From Psammoneis japonica (Eukaryota), in assembly GCA_008632985.1 (NCBI GenBank), contig QPGO01000002.1, forward strand, positions 372,001-436,000: DNA of 64,000 bases, in the 5' to 3' direction. A program made the position numbers and the translations under genes. Under the pieces are notes generated by a model. It made no database searches. It worked only from the letters and a program-made list of their open reading frames with translations, and was not told the origin of the DNA. This document shows positions 45,701 to 57,219 of the stretch, one piece after another (position 1 is the first letter of the stretch; each line of letters opens with the position of its first letter).

Positions 45701-48700
45701 ACAGCCTTGCTGGGGCTTCACTCATGACTGACCTGTTGAGTTGGCATTTGTGCAACATTGGCTCAAAGCCAATGTTGGGGATGCAAAAGTGCAGGATTGG
45801 GTCCAAAAATGGTTGTGGCAGCAGGAACCCCAGAGGGGAAGTCTGTCAGATTTGCTTGCACAAAACACGCATCATGGCAGTGCCTCTGTCTGGTGTGCCC
45901 AGCCTCAAAGCATCATCTGATGTGGCTCACAAGTTGGTGTGGTCACAGCTTTTGGACAACATGGATGCAGCCATGATCTTGGCAGCCTGCAATTTTTGGA
46001 ATGTGCTTGCAGTGTGCCGTGGCAACAACTTCGTTCTTGCACCACATCTGTGCAAAATCTGACTGTCTTTTGGTGTTCCAAAGAAGTCCAAAGCAAAGTC
46101 TGGGGCAGACATGATCCAACTCTGAGTGGGACCTTGCAGTGCTGTTGGCTGTGACAGAACATTTGTTGATCATGCACCACACAAACGTCAAGCACATTTC
46201 AGTGCACTTTCTTTTGCAAAAAACATTTCAAATGCTGCACGCCAGAAATGATGCACTTCAGGAATGGGCACTTGAAGTCAATCAAAAATTTTTTTTTTGT
46301 TGTTGGCAATCATTGACTTGTCAATTGCCTTCTGGTTGTGATGCAGAGCTTGCGTGCAGAATTCCACATGCCCAGCAGTCTCACATGGTGCCCCCCCATC
46401 CAGGGCCAGAGGAGTGCACATGGGAAAAAACCCACTGAACACCAGATTTGAAAGGGCTGTGCAAGTGATGGAAACTGCACTCACTCTCACATCATGTCAT
46501 GTCAGACCTGCAATTTTCTGCACTTTCTAGAGAGCATCTGGTGCCCTCAATGACCAGAGCAGTGCCTGCACTGCTGGCAAATGAATTGTTGTGATGTGCC
46601 CCAGTCTGCTTCATTCCATCTTGCAGTCTCCTTGTTGCTTGTGGCATGACACGCAACAGCCAAGCAGAGCATCAAAGAAAGTGCAACATGGGTGCCACCA
46701 CCAACAAGTGCAACAACCAACAGCTTGTTTGCAGTGTCATGCGTGTGGTCTGCATCAAACTTGTTGTTTGAAACAAAAAGTGAGCAATGCTTTTTTTTGC
46801 AGATTTTCACAAAGGCATCAATCAGTGTCCATGGTCAAATGTTTTGCTTGCCACAAAAGAGCCCAACTGTGTGCCACACCCTCCATGCATGCTCTTGGAT
46901 CACAGCCAAATTGCTGGCCATCTGGCCCCACATTTTCCAATCTAAAGAGTGCACTTTCAATGGGGCAGGTGCCGATTGTCTTGTTGGGATCTTGATGTGA
47001 GGTTGCACAAGAGACAGACAAACACCTCTCTGAGCAAGCTCTGGCAGCAGCTTGTCTGTGGTGTGCTTGCCTCCTGTGGTGTGGTGTGCCACACATGTCT
47101 CCTGTGTTGCAAAGCAAAGCATCACCTTGTTTTGCTTTGGCAAACACCTCACAGGGCATGACACAACAGGAGCAGTTGTCAAAGTTGTCTTCGTGCATCT
47201 CAGCTGACATTTTGCATCTGCTGTGAAACTCCTCTTCCTTGGCATCACAATCAAAATCAGGTTTTTTGCACACATGAGTTCCAGGACAAAGCCCCGCTGC
47301 TCCCATGGCTTGAGTTGTGTCTTGTGTGGCAATTGTGCCAGCATGCACTCTGGAACAATCAAGTCCAGACACTTGGCAGAAGATGAAGCTGAATGTCTGG
47401 ATGACATCCCTGCACCCTTTTTGCCAGTGACGACAGAGAAGGCAATGAGCAAGGCCTCAGGCCCTGCAAGTGAGTCAATCAAAGGCCACAAAGTCTCATG
47501 CTAAAAAATCTCCTTGAAAACTTGTCAAACAATCAGTTCTGTGTGTGGCAGCATGGCAATGTGGTGACAATTCTTCTCCAGAAGAATGCAGGCAGAACAT
47601 GCTCTTGAACTCATGGTCTTGTTGGAGAGAGGATGGATGGAGCAACTGCAGAGCCATGCACTCAAGCCAACTTGTGAGCTTCTTGTTGCAACATGTTTCC
47701 ATCTGCAATTTGGTTCTCTAACAGTTCGGTCATTGGCCTGCACAGTTGAAGACCGTTTTCACCTTGTTTCAAGTCATGAAGCTCCAAGGATGGCCCACAC
47801 ATGTGGCTGATGCAATGGACACTTCCACAGAGGAAAGGTGCAAAGACAAAAAGAAGACATGCAATGAGCAAGAAAAGAACCCCAACAAGAATTCTTCTTG
47901 TCATGCTGCAAGCAATGCTCGTGACAGCAGAAAAGCTTGCCAAAGTCAGCACTTGAGGAGTTTTGGCTTTCAACAGTTGCTGTGACAGTGCACGGTTTGC
48001 AGCTTGCACTTGCTGGTGCAGACCTTCCCATCAGTTGAGAGTCTCTGCATTCCATGGAAAACAAGAATCCCACAATGTTGTCACACCTGTGGGGACCCCA
48101 GCAAGTCTGTGCATTGCCCACAACTGATTTGGCTCTGTGACAGACATGCGGCAGTTTTTCCATCACAAAAACAGCAAATTGACCATGCAGATTGCTGACA
48201 CTGCAATGCTTTTTGTCACCACCTTTCCAGCTGCTTTTCAATGTGAATGGATGGACAGTGGTCTCATGATGAAGGCCCTGCAATGTGGCATCTTTTCGGA
48301 TGTTGTTCAGTCCAACATCTTGTTTGCCTTCTGTGATGTGTGCCTCAAATTTGGTTGCCCTTTGCACAGACAACAACTGTGCCAAGGGTTGCACTGCTGC
48401 ACTGTCACTTGGTTGTTGGACAAAGAACTCCAGCACAGCTGCTGTGAAGCACATGAGCCAAAAGAGTTTTGCTTCTGAGGATTGGGTGCTGAGCAAAATG
48501 AGAGAAGACAAGGAGGAAGACATGGCCATCATGGATTCCACACAGACACAGTCTCTGAAGCAGGCTGCAAGGACAAACTGCTGCTCCCAACACTTTTGGC
48601 ATTTTAGAAGTGCCATCTCAAAGCAACTGGAAATTTACAACTGGTGTTGATCATGGCAGAACTGTGGGCTCCAGTTGGAAATTTGGTCGACACTGATGTC

Positions 48701-49675
48701 TGTTGGATGATTTTGCAAATGAGCTCCAGCAGTCAAGCAGCAATGCCGTCACAGAGCAAATCAGGCAATCCTTGAAAACACAACCACAACATGACTGGCA
48801 TGTTGGGTTTTAGAAGAGTTTCTTGGGCAGCAATGACTGTCAATGCAAGATTCTAAGACACCAATTTTCAATGCTTTGTGGAGCATGATTGGAGTTGGAG
48901 AATCCGCAAAAACGCAACTCAACTGGCATGTTGGGTGGCCCTGTTTTACTGTGTGGGAGTTGCTCAAGCTGCAGCTGCTGTTTCAAGAAATCAAAGCAAT
49001 GTTTTGCTGAGCATTTCCATCAGAAAATGCCTGGAGCAAATTAAGAGTCACAGAAACAAAACCTGGAATCTAGAGTTGTGGCAAGAGTGCACTGTGTGCA
49101 CTGACAAATGGGGCTGCACACATCTCAGACAACAACATTTCAGACCCTCTCGCTTGTGGTTCTCTGATGGGTGGGCATTGTGGACATCTGAAAGGGGAGA
49201 TGGCTTGGCACTCTTTTTTTGTTCCTGGCACCTCTCACTGAACACATGTTTGCTTGACTCCACCAACCTGCAACACATCATTTGTGGTTGTTTTTCACAA
49301 TCAAAGCTTCCCTGTCAACAAAAAAATCACTGAGAAGACATGCCAGTTGCTCTGCTTTTTTGCCAGTTTTTTCTTCCACATTTGGATGCCATGATTGGAG
49401 GCATTTGGGGGGTGTCGCTGCTTGGCAGCAGCGATGCAAGGGCACAATTGCTGCGGCAATTTCTTCCACTGAACCTCGCCAACAGGAGCAGAACAAATGA
49501 CTCATTGAAAACAATCACCAGCAGAACAGCCAGAAAAATGTTGGCACACAACAAACTGAAAAATGGAAATTGTCGTGGTGACCAACACAGGATGTCACTC
49601 GAAAAAGTTGCTCCGTCAGATGGACGTGCAGAGGGGGGATCCCCCCCTTCGCTCGTCAACTTGTGAACACTGCAC
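42780..49675. mobile_element. Long degenerate TpA/CpG-depleted element (unclassified), host of nested insertions
   Basis: About 7 kb nearly free of TA and poor in CG. Continues after the insert at 55339. Confidence 0.6.
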
Positions 49676-50718
49676 TGTCAGCCCATCTGTCTGCATGTTG
49701 CATGATGGACAGACTGGATGCAGATGATGGCTGGACCATTTGGACAGACGAGCAGATCTCTCTGAGATCTGCTTCTCACTTTCTCATCTGCTGGTGCTCG
49801 TGTCATCACAGTCCTGGCACTTTGGGGAGTCTTTCACACCTCTGTCCTCCATTGCCTTCCGCATTCTGTCAGGTTGTGGCCTTGCGCTGTGCCACAGACC
49901 TCTGCGCCAAGCTTTCATTTCGATTCATTTGTTTTGTGAGCCGATCGAGCCAGCCTCATCGTCTGATCCGACAACTTTTTGTCTCGCTTTCCCGGCATTT
50001 TTCACGACCGTCCAGATTTCTACGCGTGTATGACCAAAAATGGCTCCACCGACGCGTTCCAGGTCTAGGTGGGACCTCGCACTGCTGAACTGTGACATCG
50101 ATAGTTTTTTGAATCTCGTCGTATGTCGCGCACGTAGAATTCTACGTGATTTTTTGAAATTTTGTGTCATTTTACGGTACACTTATCGAGCGATCCGTCC
50201 AAAAACTTTTGACATTTTTTGTTACAGCGCGATTCTATAATGTCTTAAGAATCGCGTAGGGCAGGTGCATTTGCAAAAACGTCGTGTGGTAAGAGGCATG
50301 CCGGCAATTGTACCACAAACTTGGCCGTTTATTTAATGTTGAAGATAAACATGTCCATTTTAATTAAATAAGACTGACTAAATAGAAAGGTCACCATTTG
50401 CCAATTTTGGGCCAAAAATTGAGTTTTTTGCTTTTGGCATTAGTGAAAACTAGAGCAAAAATGCTTTCAAACGATGTGTCGGTCATTTTGTGGGTCCGAT
50501 TTCTTGAAAAATGGCACCAATCTTGGGGTTTCCATGGGATCGCATGCCGGACGCGCGCACTCTTCAAAATGCGCGTAAATTGCACACCACGCACTTTGTC
50601 AGCCACGTAAGAAGCTGCTGTTGTTGCCGCTGGTACACTTTTGGCAGCCATTTTTATTTTTTTCAGAAAATAGAACAGCACACCATTTTCCCGCAGCAGC
50701 AACTGTCTTTCGTCCACA

Positions 50719-53019
50719 ATGGCAATGGACGACGACGATGCCGGCAACAACCGGTCTGACTCAGTTGGCAGCCTGTATGCAAAGCTCAGAGTCAAGCCTC
50801 ACCCTTCACGTGAGGATGCTCTTGAGATGTGCAAGGAATTTCTTCAAAATGCATTTGACAGCCCGAAGTGTGTGGATGTTCGGGGGCGGCCAACGAGGTG
50901 CGAATGTTTGCATGCTTTTCGGACGCGGACAGAGTGGCTTCCCTGCATTGCAAAGTTCATGTTGGATGAGGTGGCATGCAAGAGCAGAGACGACAGGGAG
51001 AGCCACATCCTGCAACAATGTCGGTCATGCCAGTCCACGAAATTTCTTCCCGTTCCAGCTGCGGGCAAGCCACCGGGCTCCGACGTGTTGACATGCAAAA
51101 ATGCTTTCAAGCACATTGTGAATGTACGTCAAAAAGCTGACAGAAGGGTGAAAGAGGCGATTCAATCAAACATGGCAACGTCGCATGGCAACAAGGGCAA
51201 ACCATCAAATGCAAGAATGAAGGCAGACGTGGAAACGTCGTTGCACGTTTTTTTCAAAGACATGATGGAACTTGCTTCTCCTCGAGCCACAAGGTTTGTT
51301 CGACTAGAAGTCGGGGTGGGGACCAGGGATGATGATGAGGAGCTGCTGGAGCTCCCAACCCATTGGACGGCTCGCCGACTGTGCGGCAAATGGGTTGGCG
51401 AACGAGGATGGAAAGCCAAGCTCAAGAATGACAAAGGGGCGATTGAATTGACACAAGCAGCAGAAGACGTGGAGCTGCAAAAGACAGTTGTTTTTGAAAC
51501 TTTCCGTTCTTTCTGGAAGAGAAGCTGCCCAAAGCCAGTTCTTCCTAAAGCTGGGGAGGACATTTGTTCTGACTGCTTTGTGCTGTCGCATGCTTTTCGT
51601 TGCTTCTCGTCGCCTCGTCCTTTGAACAGCAGTGACACTCCAGTGAATGGACATCCAAGGAGAGAGGAGGCAGTGGCAAAAGCTCAAATCCACATCCAAC
51701 AGGCTGTTGCTCAGAGAGAACTGTTCAATTCTCTCACTGCCGAATGCCTTGAACAGGAACTCATTGACGTGCTTGTTGGCGACTGTTCCGAAAACATGGA
51801 CCTTCCACACCTTGGCAATGAGCAATCAGGTGACACTTGCTGCTTTTCTCCATTGAATGTAAATTGTTTTGGACTTGTCAACATGAAAGACAACTTGCTC
51901 CAAGCATGCGTGTGCCACGAGGGCCAAGGTAAAAAAGGAGGCAACAACGTCGCATCACTCATTGTGAAGCATCTAAAGGACAAAGGGTGTTTGGAGGTTG
52001 ATGATGATGGAACAGCAAAGCAAATTCGAGCAAAGCTTGCTGTTGTCATGGACAACTGCTCGGGTCAGAACAAGAACAGGATGGTTCTTCGGCTGGCCCT
52101 CTACTTGGTTGAGCGGGGATTCTGTCAAACCGTGCAGTTTGTGTTTCTTGCAGTCGGGCACACAAAGAACCCTTGCGACCGGATGTGTGACATCTTGTAA
52201 AAGCCACACAGAGACTCCAATGTCTATGCCTTCAAGCAAATGATGGAATTGTTGAATGAAAACGAGAATGCTGCCGCCACCGCTGTGGACGAGGAAGACT
52301 TCCAAGACTGGGATAAGAAACTCGATTCATTGCATCGACGCTTCGCCCCCAGCACCGTCCACAAGAGCCACATCTTTTCTGCAACAAAAGCCTCGCCAAC
52401 TGACATGAAAATTCAGGTGTCTTGCCGGGAGGAGGATCAAGGTGAGACTGCCACAAGAGAATTCAAAAAGCCTGGGACCAACAGCAACAGAATGGAGCTC
52501 TTGCAGGCGGCACCCCAGGTCATTCCATTTCCTGGAATTCCCGACATTAAACAAATAGAGCTTGGGACAAAATGGAGGAAGCATGTTCCAGTGGAGCATC
52601 AGGATGAGATTTGCCCCATGCCACCACAAGCAATGATCGACAGACACAACAAGTCAAAAGCAGACAAGGCCAAAAGGAGCAAAAAGACTGTTTCCAATTC
52701 GAGATCAAGACAATCTCCCACTGCCGCTGCTGCTGCTGCATCCACTCAACCCCCAGCTGTTCCTGCCACTCAACCACATTTTACAGCCCAGCAACCTGCA
52801 GCACCAGCTGCTGCTGCCGCCCCGCCGCCGCCGCATTTCGTCAACCCGAATTTCGTCAACCCGCATGGTCTACAACAACAAATGCTTCCGATTGCGGCAT
52901 TGCATCCAACTGCAGCTGCTGAAGTGCAACAGCACATGCAAACCCTTCACTCCACTCTTAACTGTTCTACTATTGAGGAAATTTTGGCGCGTCCACATGG
53001 TCCCTGCTGGCACGGTTGA
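50719..53019 (+). pseudogene. Sola-type transposase, one in-frame stop (52198-52200), Tyr-depleted
   Basis: EDICSDC, LPHLGNEQSGDT..FSPL, HEGQGKKGGNNVASL, DNCSGQNKN and GHTKNPCDR. The ORF at 52240-53019 is in the same frame. Confidence 0.85.
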
Positions 53020-53047
53020 TTGGTTGGAGCGATCACGTCGGCGGCAC

Positions 53048-53550
53048 TGTCCATCTGAACAGAGTGTATGACAACAAAAATTTTAGACGATACCAAAAAG
53101 AAACACAACCATCATACTCGATACATTCATATTACCTTATATCCATGATGTTAATCATGTGACATTGACCCAGTGATGGTCGCTTTGTTAATACGGAGCA
53201 TGGCCGAGTCGCGTGGAAACCACACAAAATCATCCAAACAGAGTGTGGCAACAAGAATTTTAGACGACATCAAAAAACAAACACAACCATCATACTCGTC
53301 ACATTCATATTGAGTTATGTCCAAGCTCTGTATCATGTGATATTGTTCCAGTGAGGGTCGATTCATGAATGTGGCCGAGTCGCAGAGAAACCACAAACAT
53401 GCTGTCCATCTAAACAGAGTGTTGCAACAAGAATTTTAGATGACACCAAAAAACAAACACCACCAGCATACTCGACAGATTCGTATTACCTTATGTCAAT
53501 GCTTTTAACCGTGTGATATTGTCCCAGTGACGGTCGCTTTTTATGAACAC
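53048..53550. repeat. Three tandem units of about 170-180 bp in the right arm of the transposon
   Basis: aacagagtgt..caacaa.aattttaga.ga..caaaaa..aacac..c..catactcg occurs three times. Confidence 0.85.
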
Positions 53551-56079
53551 AGCGGCGTCTCCATGGTGCTGCTGCGGTTTGCGGTGCGCGTGATGGTTTT
53601 TTGCTTTTTTCTCAAAAGTAACCATCACGTCTGTCTGTTTTCCATGGTTTCCTTTTTATTTAGTCAGTCTTAAATTCTCGTACTACGGAGCTCGCACGTA
53701 GAATTCTACGGGCCCAATGTCACACGGAGTCCCACCCAGGGCTGGAACGCGTCCACCAACTAAAACCATGGCGTCTTCCGACCCCACAAAGCCCGCTCTT
53801 CCGTCCATCACAGAGATCCACTGTGAATTCGAGGCACACACAACGATGCCACATCTGCATGACTGCCTGAATGCAATTCATGCAGACTCCACAACTGATC
53901 TTGACCCGTTCTTTGACGATCCAGAGCATGCGCAACCCAAGAAAGATTTCGTGGACATGCTTCGTGATTGCTTCATCAACGAAGCGTTTCCACCCCACAC
54001 AGCTGATCCTGCGGATGTACAGTCAATCAAGACAATTGTGGATCAAGCCCCGTTCTGACTCATTGACTCTCAAAGACCTCGTCCAGTCCGTTTGACGACT
54101 CCGATCTTGTCAAAGATGATCAAGACGAATCTCCAGAACAATGAGCAATCTCTGTTCATTCTCATCTCCACCCAACGTGTGTGTGTTGATCCGGACATGA
54201 CATGGAACTGTTGCAGTTGGAACAAATTCTCTCTTGCACCCTGACAGCAGAAACAGCAGCCTCCGTCTCCTTCTCAGAAAGCTGCAGGACCTGCTGCATT
54301 GACTGTGAATGACTCAGTCAATGTGCTCAATGCACACGCGTCGAGTCACGCTCCGCCTTCTACAGCTTCTGCCAAGCCATCTGGAAGTGCTGCATCTTCT
54401 GTGACATCAAAACACCTCTTCAATCCGAACACACTGCCCAAAGATGTTCGTGCACGCTGCGACCGCAAAGAAGACGGAAAAGCCACTCTTCGGAGCTCTC
54501 TCGTCCCTTGTGACCATGGATTCCGTCACTGTGTTGATGCATCCGATCGCATCATCCTTGACGATGGCACCCTTTTCATCATGAGCTCGACTCCTGACCA
54601 GAAAATGTTGTTCAGGGAACCTCCTGCATGTCATGACGACTCTCCCCCTGGGGTGCGAGCATGGCACCAAAATTTCCAATGTCATGCCTTTGATTCAGGA
54701 TGCCACATGCATCCATTGTGGTGTTTTGCTGAGGACCACGGTGGTGAGAAGGGTTTCGAGATCAGAAACGGCAAGGATGATGACTTGCCTCAACGCATGT
54801 GCATCCACTGCAAGGAAGCTCAGAGCTCTCTCCACAAAATCCCATCCAAGTCGGACATGTTCCCCAAGAACAGCAAACATCATCGGATTGTTGCATCATG
54901 CTGCGGCAATGGATGCAAGGCTCTCAAGCAGATTGTCTGCGAGAATCATCCTGCTTTCGACCACGATGCTGCTGGGCTGGTTGACTCCCATCCTGTCCAA
55001 GGCAATCGATCATTGACGGACTGCCACATGATCTTCAATGATTTCCTGCAGCTGCGCGCCTGCATTTTTGATGCGGACTCTACATTGAATGATCCACGAG
55101 AGATGACCATCTTTGTCAAGAACACCAAGTGCTCCAAGTTCTCATCTCATGCCACCAGAGATGAACGGAAGTCTCCAGCTGTGCAGAAGAAGTGCGCGGA
55201 TGCACAGATTGTCGAGACTCTCTCTGATTTCCTCCGCCAACCGGGTGGCCCATCCCTTGCCACTCGTGCGATGCAATCCAATCCCCGCCATAAATGGAGT
55301 CGAGCAGCTGAGGATGCGCGACCTTTGGAATTCTGTCATGCACTGCAAAATTGAAATCAGCACAATCCATGACCGCCCTTGGAATTTTTTCTTTGCAGTG
55401 TCGTCTTTTCATTGTCAAGGCATCAGATCAACAACAACAATTTACAGCACTGGCCAAGTTTGAGTGCACCTCATGTCATGTGTTGAATTTTTGGAGCTGT
55501 GTTTGACCCAATTCATGCATGCTTGAAAAATCGATGGAAGATAAAAGTTGTCAAGCATCAATCACCAACACATCACAACATTGTTGCGAACTTGCGCACA
55601 AGATTGATTTTCTGTTGTGCCCATTGAGACAACCAAACATGATGATGACTTTGGTTCATGACATGCACGAACTAAAATTTTAGTTCAATTTTTGAAAAAT
55701 TGGAAAAAAATTCACAGGAATGTTGTGAGATGTGTTGTTGGTTTAGCACTGAAGCATGGAAATGCACAACAGGAAGCAACAGCAGTTGCTTTCCTTCCCA
55801 TTTGCTTTTTTTCATTTGAGTCACTCACAACTTCGTTGACTCTCCTGTCTCGACATCATCTCTGAAGCATGAAGCTCTCATCTCTTTGCATGGGACAAAC
55901 CGCGCGGCAGTTGTGTGATGTTTCATTTGCCGCCTCGACAAGAGGTGGCAGTCCCATGAGGATTGGGAAGGCCAGAGGCAATTTTGTAACAAGGTTGCGG
56001 GTGACCATGGCACAAGAAAGGGAAGGATGAAGTCTTTTTTGGTGTTCACTGTGCACAGCTGCATGCTGTGGACTGACAA

Positions 56080-56805
56080 ACAGTGCTGCATGCATCCAGC
56101 TGCAGTTGCCCCAGCTCAGACAACATTTCAGACCCTCTCGCTTGTTGTTCTCTGATGGGTGGGCATTGCGGACATCAGAAAGGGGAGACAGCTTGGCACT
56201 CTTTTTTTTTTGTTTCTCCGGCACCTCACACTGAACACATGTTTGCTTGACTCCGCCAACCTGCAAGACATCGTTTGTGGTTGTTTTTTACAATAAAAAC
56301 TTCCCTGTCAACAAAAAATCACTGAAGATGTGCCAGTTGCTCTGCTTCTTTTTGCCAGTTTTTTCTTCCATTTGGGTGCTGTGATTGGAAGCATTTGGGT
56401 GTTGTCGCTGCTTGGCAGCAGTGATGTTGAGGCACAATTGCCATGGTCGAAAAACACTTTCTGCCGGCCGGCAATTTTTTCCCACCAAACCTCACCAACA
56501 GGAGCAGAACAACGATTCATTGAAAACAATCACCAGCAGAACAGCCAGAACAAGGTTGGCATGCAACAAACTGAAATGGAATTTATCGTGGTGACCAACA
56601 TGAGATCTCACTCGAAAAAGTTGCTCCATCAGATGGACGTGCAGGGGGGATCCCCCTTCGCTCGTTAACTTGTGAACACTGCACTGTAAAATTGAAATCA
56701 ACACAATCCATGACCGCCCTTAGAATTTTCTTTTTAGTGCCTTCTTAATTAAGGAGTCAGATCAACAAAAACAATTTTTTATTGTCAAGTTTGAGTACAC
56801 CTTAC
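56080..56805 (+). repeat. Second, uninterrupted copy of 49090-49675 plus 55339-55470
   Basis: Shared ctcagacaac..catttcagaccctctcgcttgt...gaaaaagttgctcc.tcagatggacgtgca...gtgaacactgcactg and aaattgaaatca.cacaatccatgaccgccctt. Confidence 0.88.
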
Positions 56806-56940
56806 ATCGACTACTACCCTAGTCGTAGTAAAGGCAAGGGAGGCTCGAAGAGCAGCAAGAGCACGAAGAGCACCAAGAGCGGCTCAAAAGGCAAAGGTGG
56901 CGATGGCCCTAGCAATGGCAATGGCAATGGCCACCTTTAA
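56803..56940 (+). pseudogene. C-terminal fragment of a Lys/Ser/Gly-rich (silaffin/cingulin-like) protein
   Basis: Translates as YIDYYPSRSKGKGGSKSSKSTKSTKSGSKGKGGDGPSNGNGNGHL*, directly abutting the island edge, with no start seen. Confidence 0.55.
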
Positions 56941-57219
56941 GAGCCACTCGTGCCTGCATGTGTAGCGCACCGCGGATTTCTCACACTAAAGGTTTGTGAA
57001 GCATGCGCCGATGATGCGGAAGAAGAGAAAAGGACGAAGTCTCTGTCATCTGTGGCGTAACATGCACAATGCATACATTAGTAGGACAGTTCTTTCCATT
57101 CTTACGTTCACTATACCCCACATCCTTCTCTGACGCTACGGTGTACAAAAACAGCGACTGTCCGTCTGCAAGAGCACGGCCGTCTCACTTAAGAAACTGC
57201 CAAGTTACATCTATTCGTT

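Larger units (their letters stand above)
50051..53753 (+). mobile_element. Full-length Sola-type DNA transposon with TIRs and 4-bp TSD (CACC)
   Basis: Left end gacgcgttccaggtctaggtgggac versus reverse-complemented right end gacgcgttccagccctgggtgggac. CACC at 50047-50050 and 53754-53757. Transposase inside. Confidence 0.88.
49676..55338 (+). mobile_element. Retroelement-like insert (TG...CA ends, 5-bp TSD tgcac) carrying a decayed gag-like ORF
   Basis: tgcac at 49671-49675 and 55339-55343. The empty site is visible in the second copy at 56680-56700. ORF remnants at 53758-55330 include a 351-aa frame with no Tyr. No matching LTR pair or pol was seen. Confidence 0.6.

Noticed and set aside
42800..49600. 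Dozens of 60-280 aa ORFs as possible Cys-rich or metal-binding proteins
   Set aside because: They overlap in all frames, lack Tyr and are explained by loss of TAA/TAG. No coherent domain could be supported.
49090..56805. The direct repeats of about 700 bp as the LTR pair of the gag-like element
   Set aside because: The gag-like insert sits inside the first repeat copy with its own TSD, so the repeats predate it.
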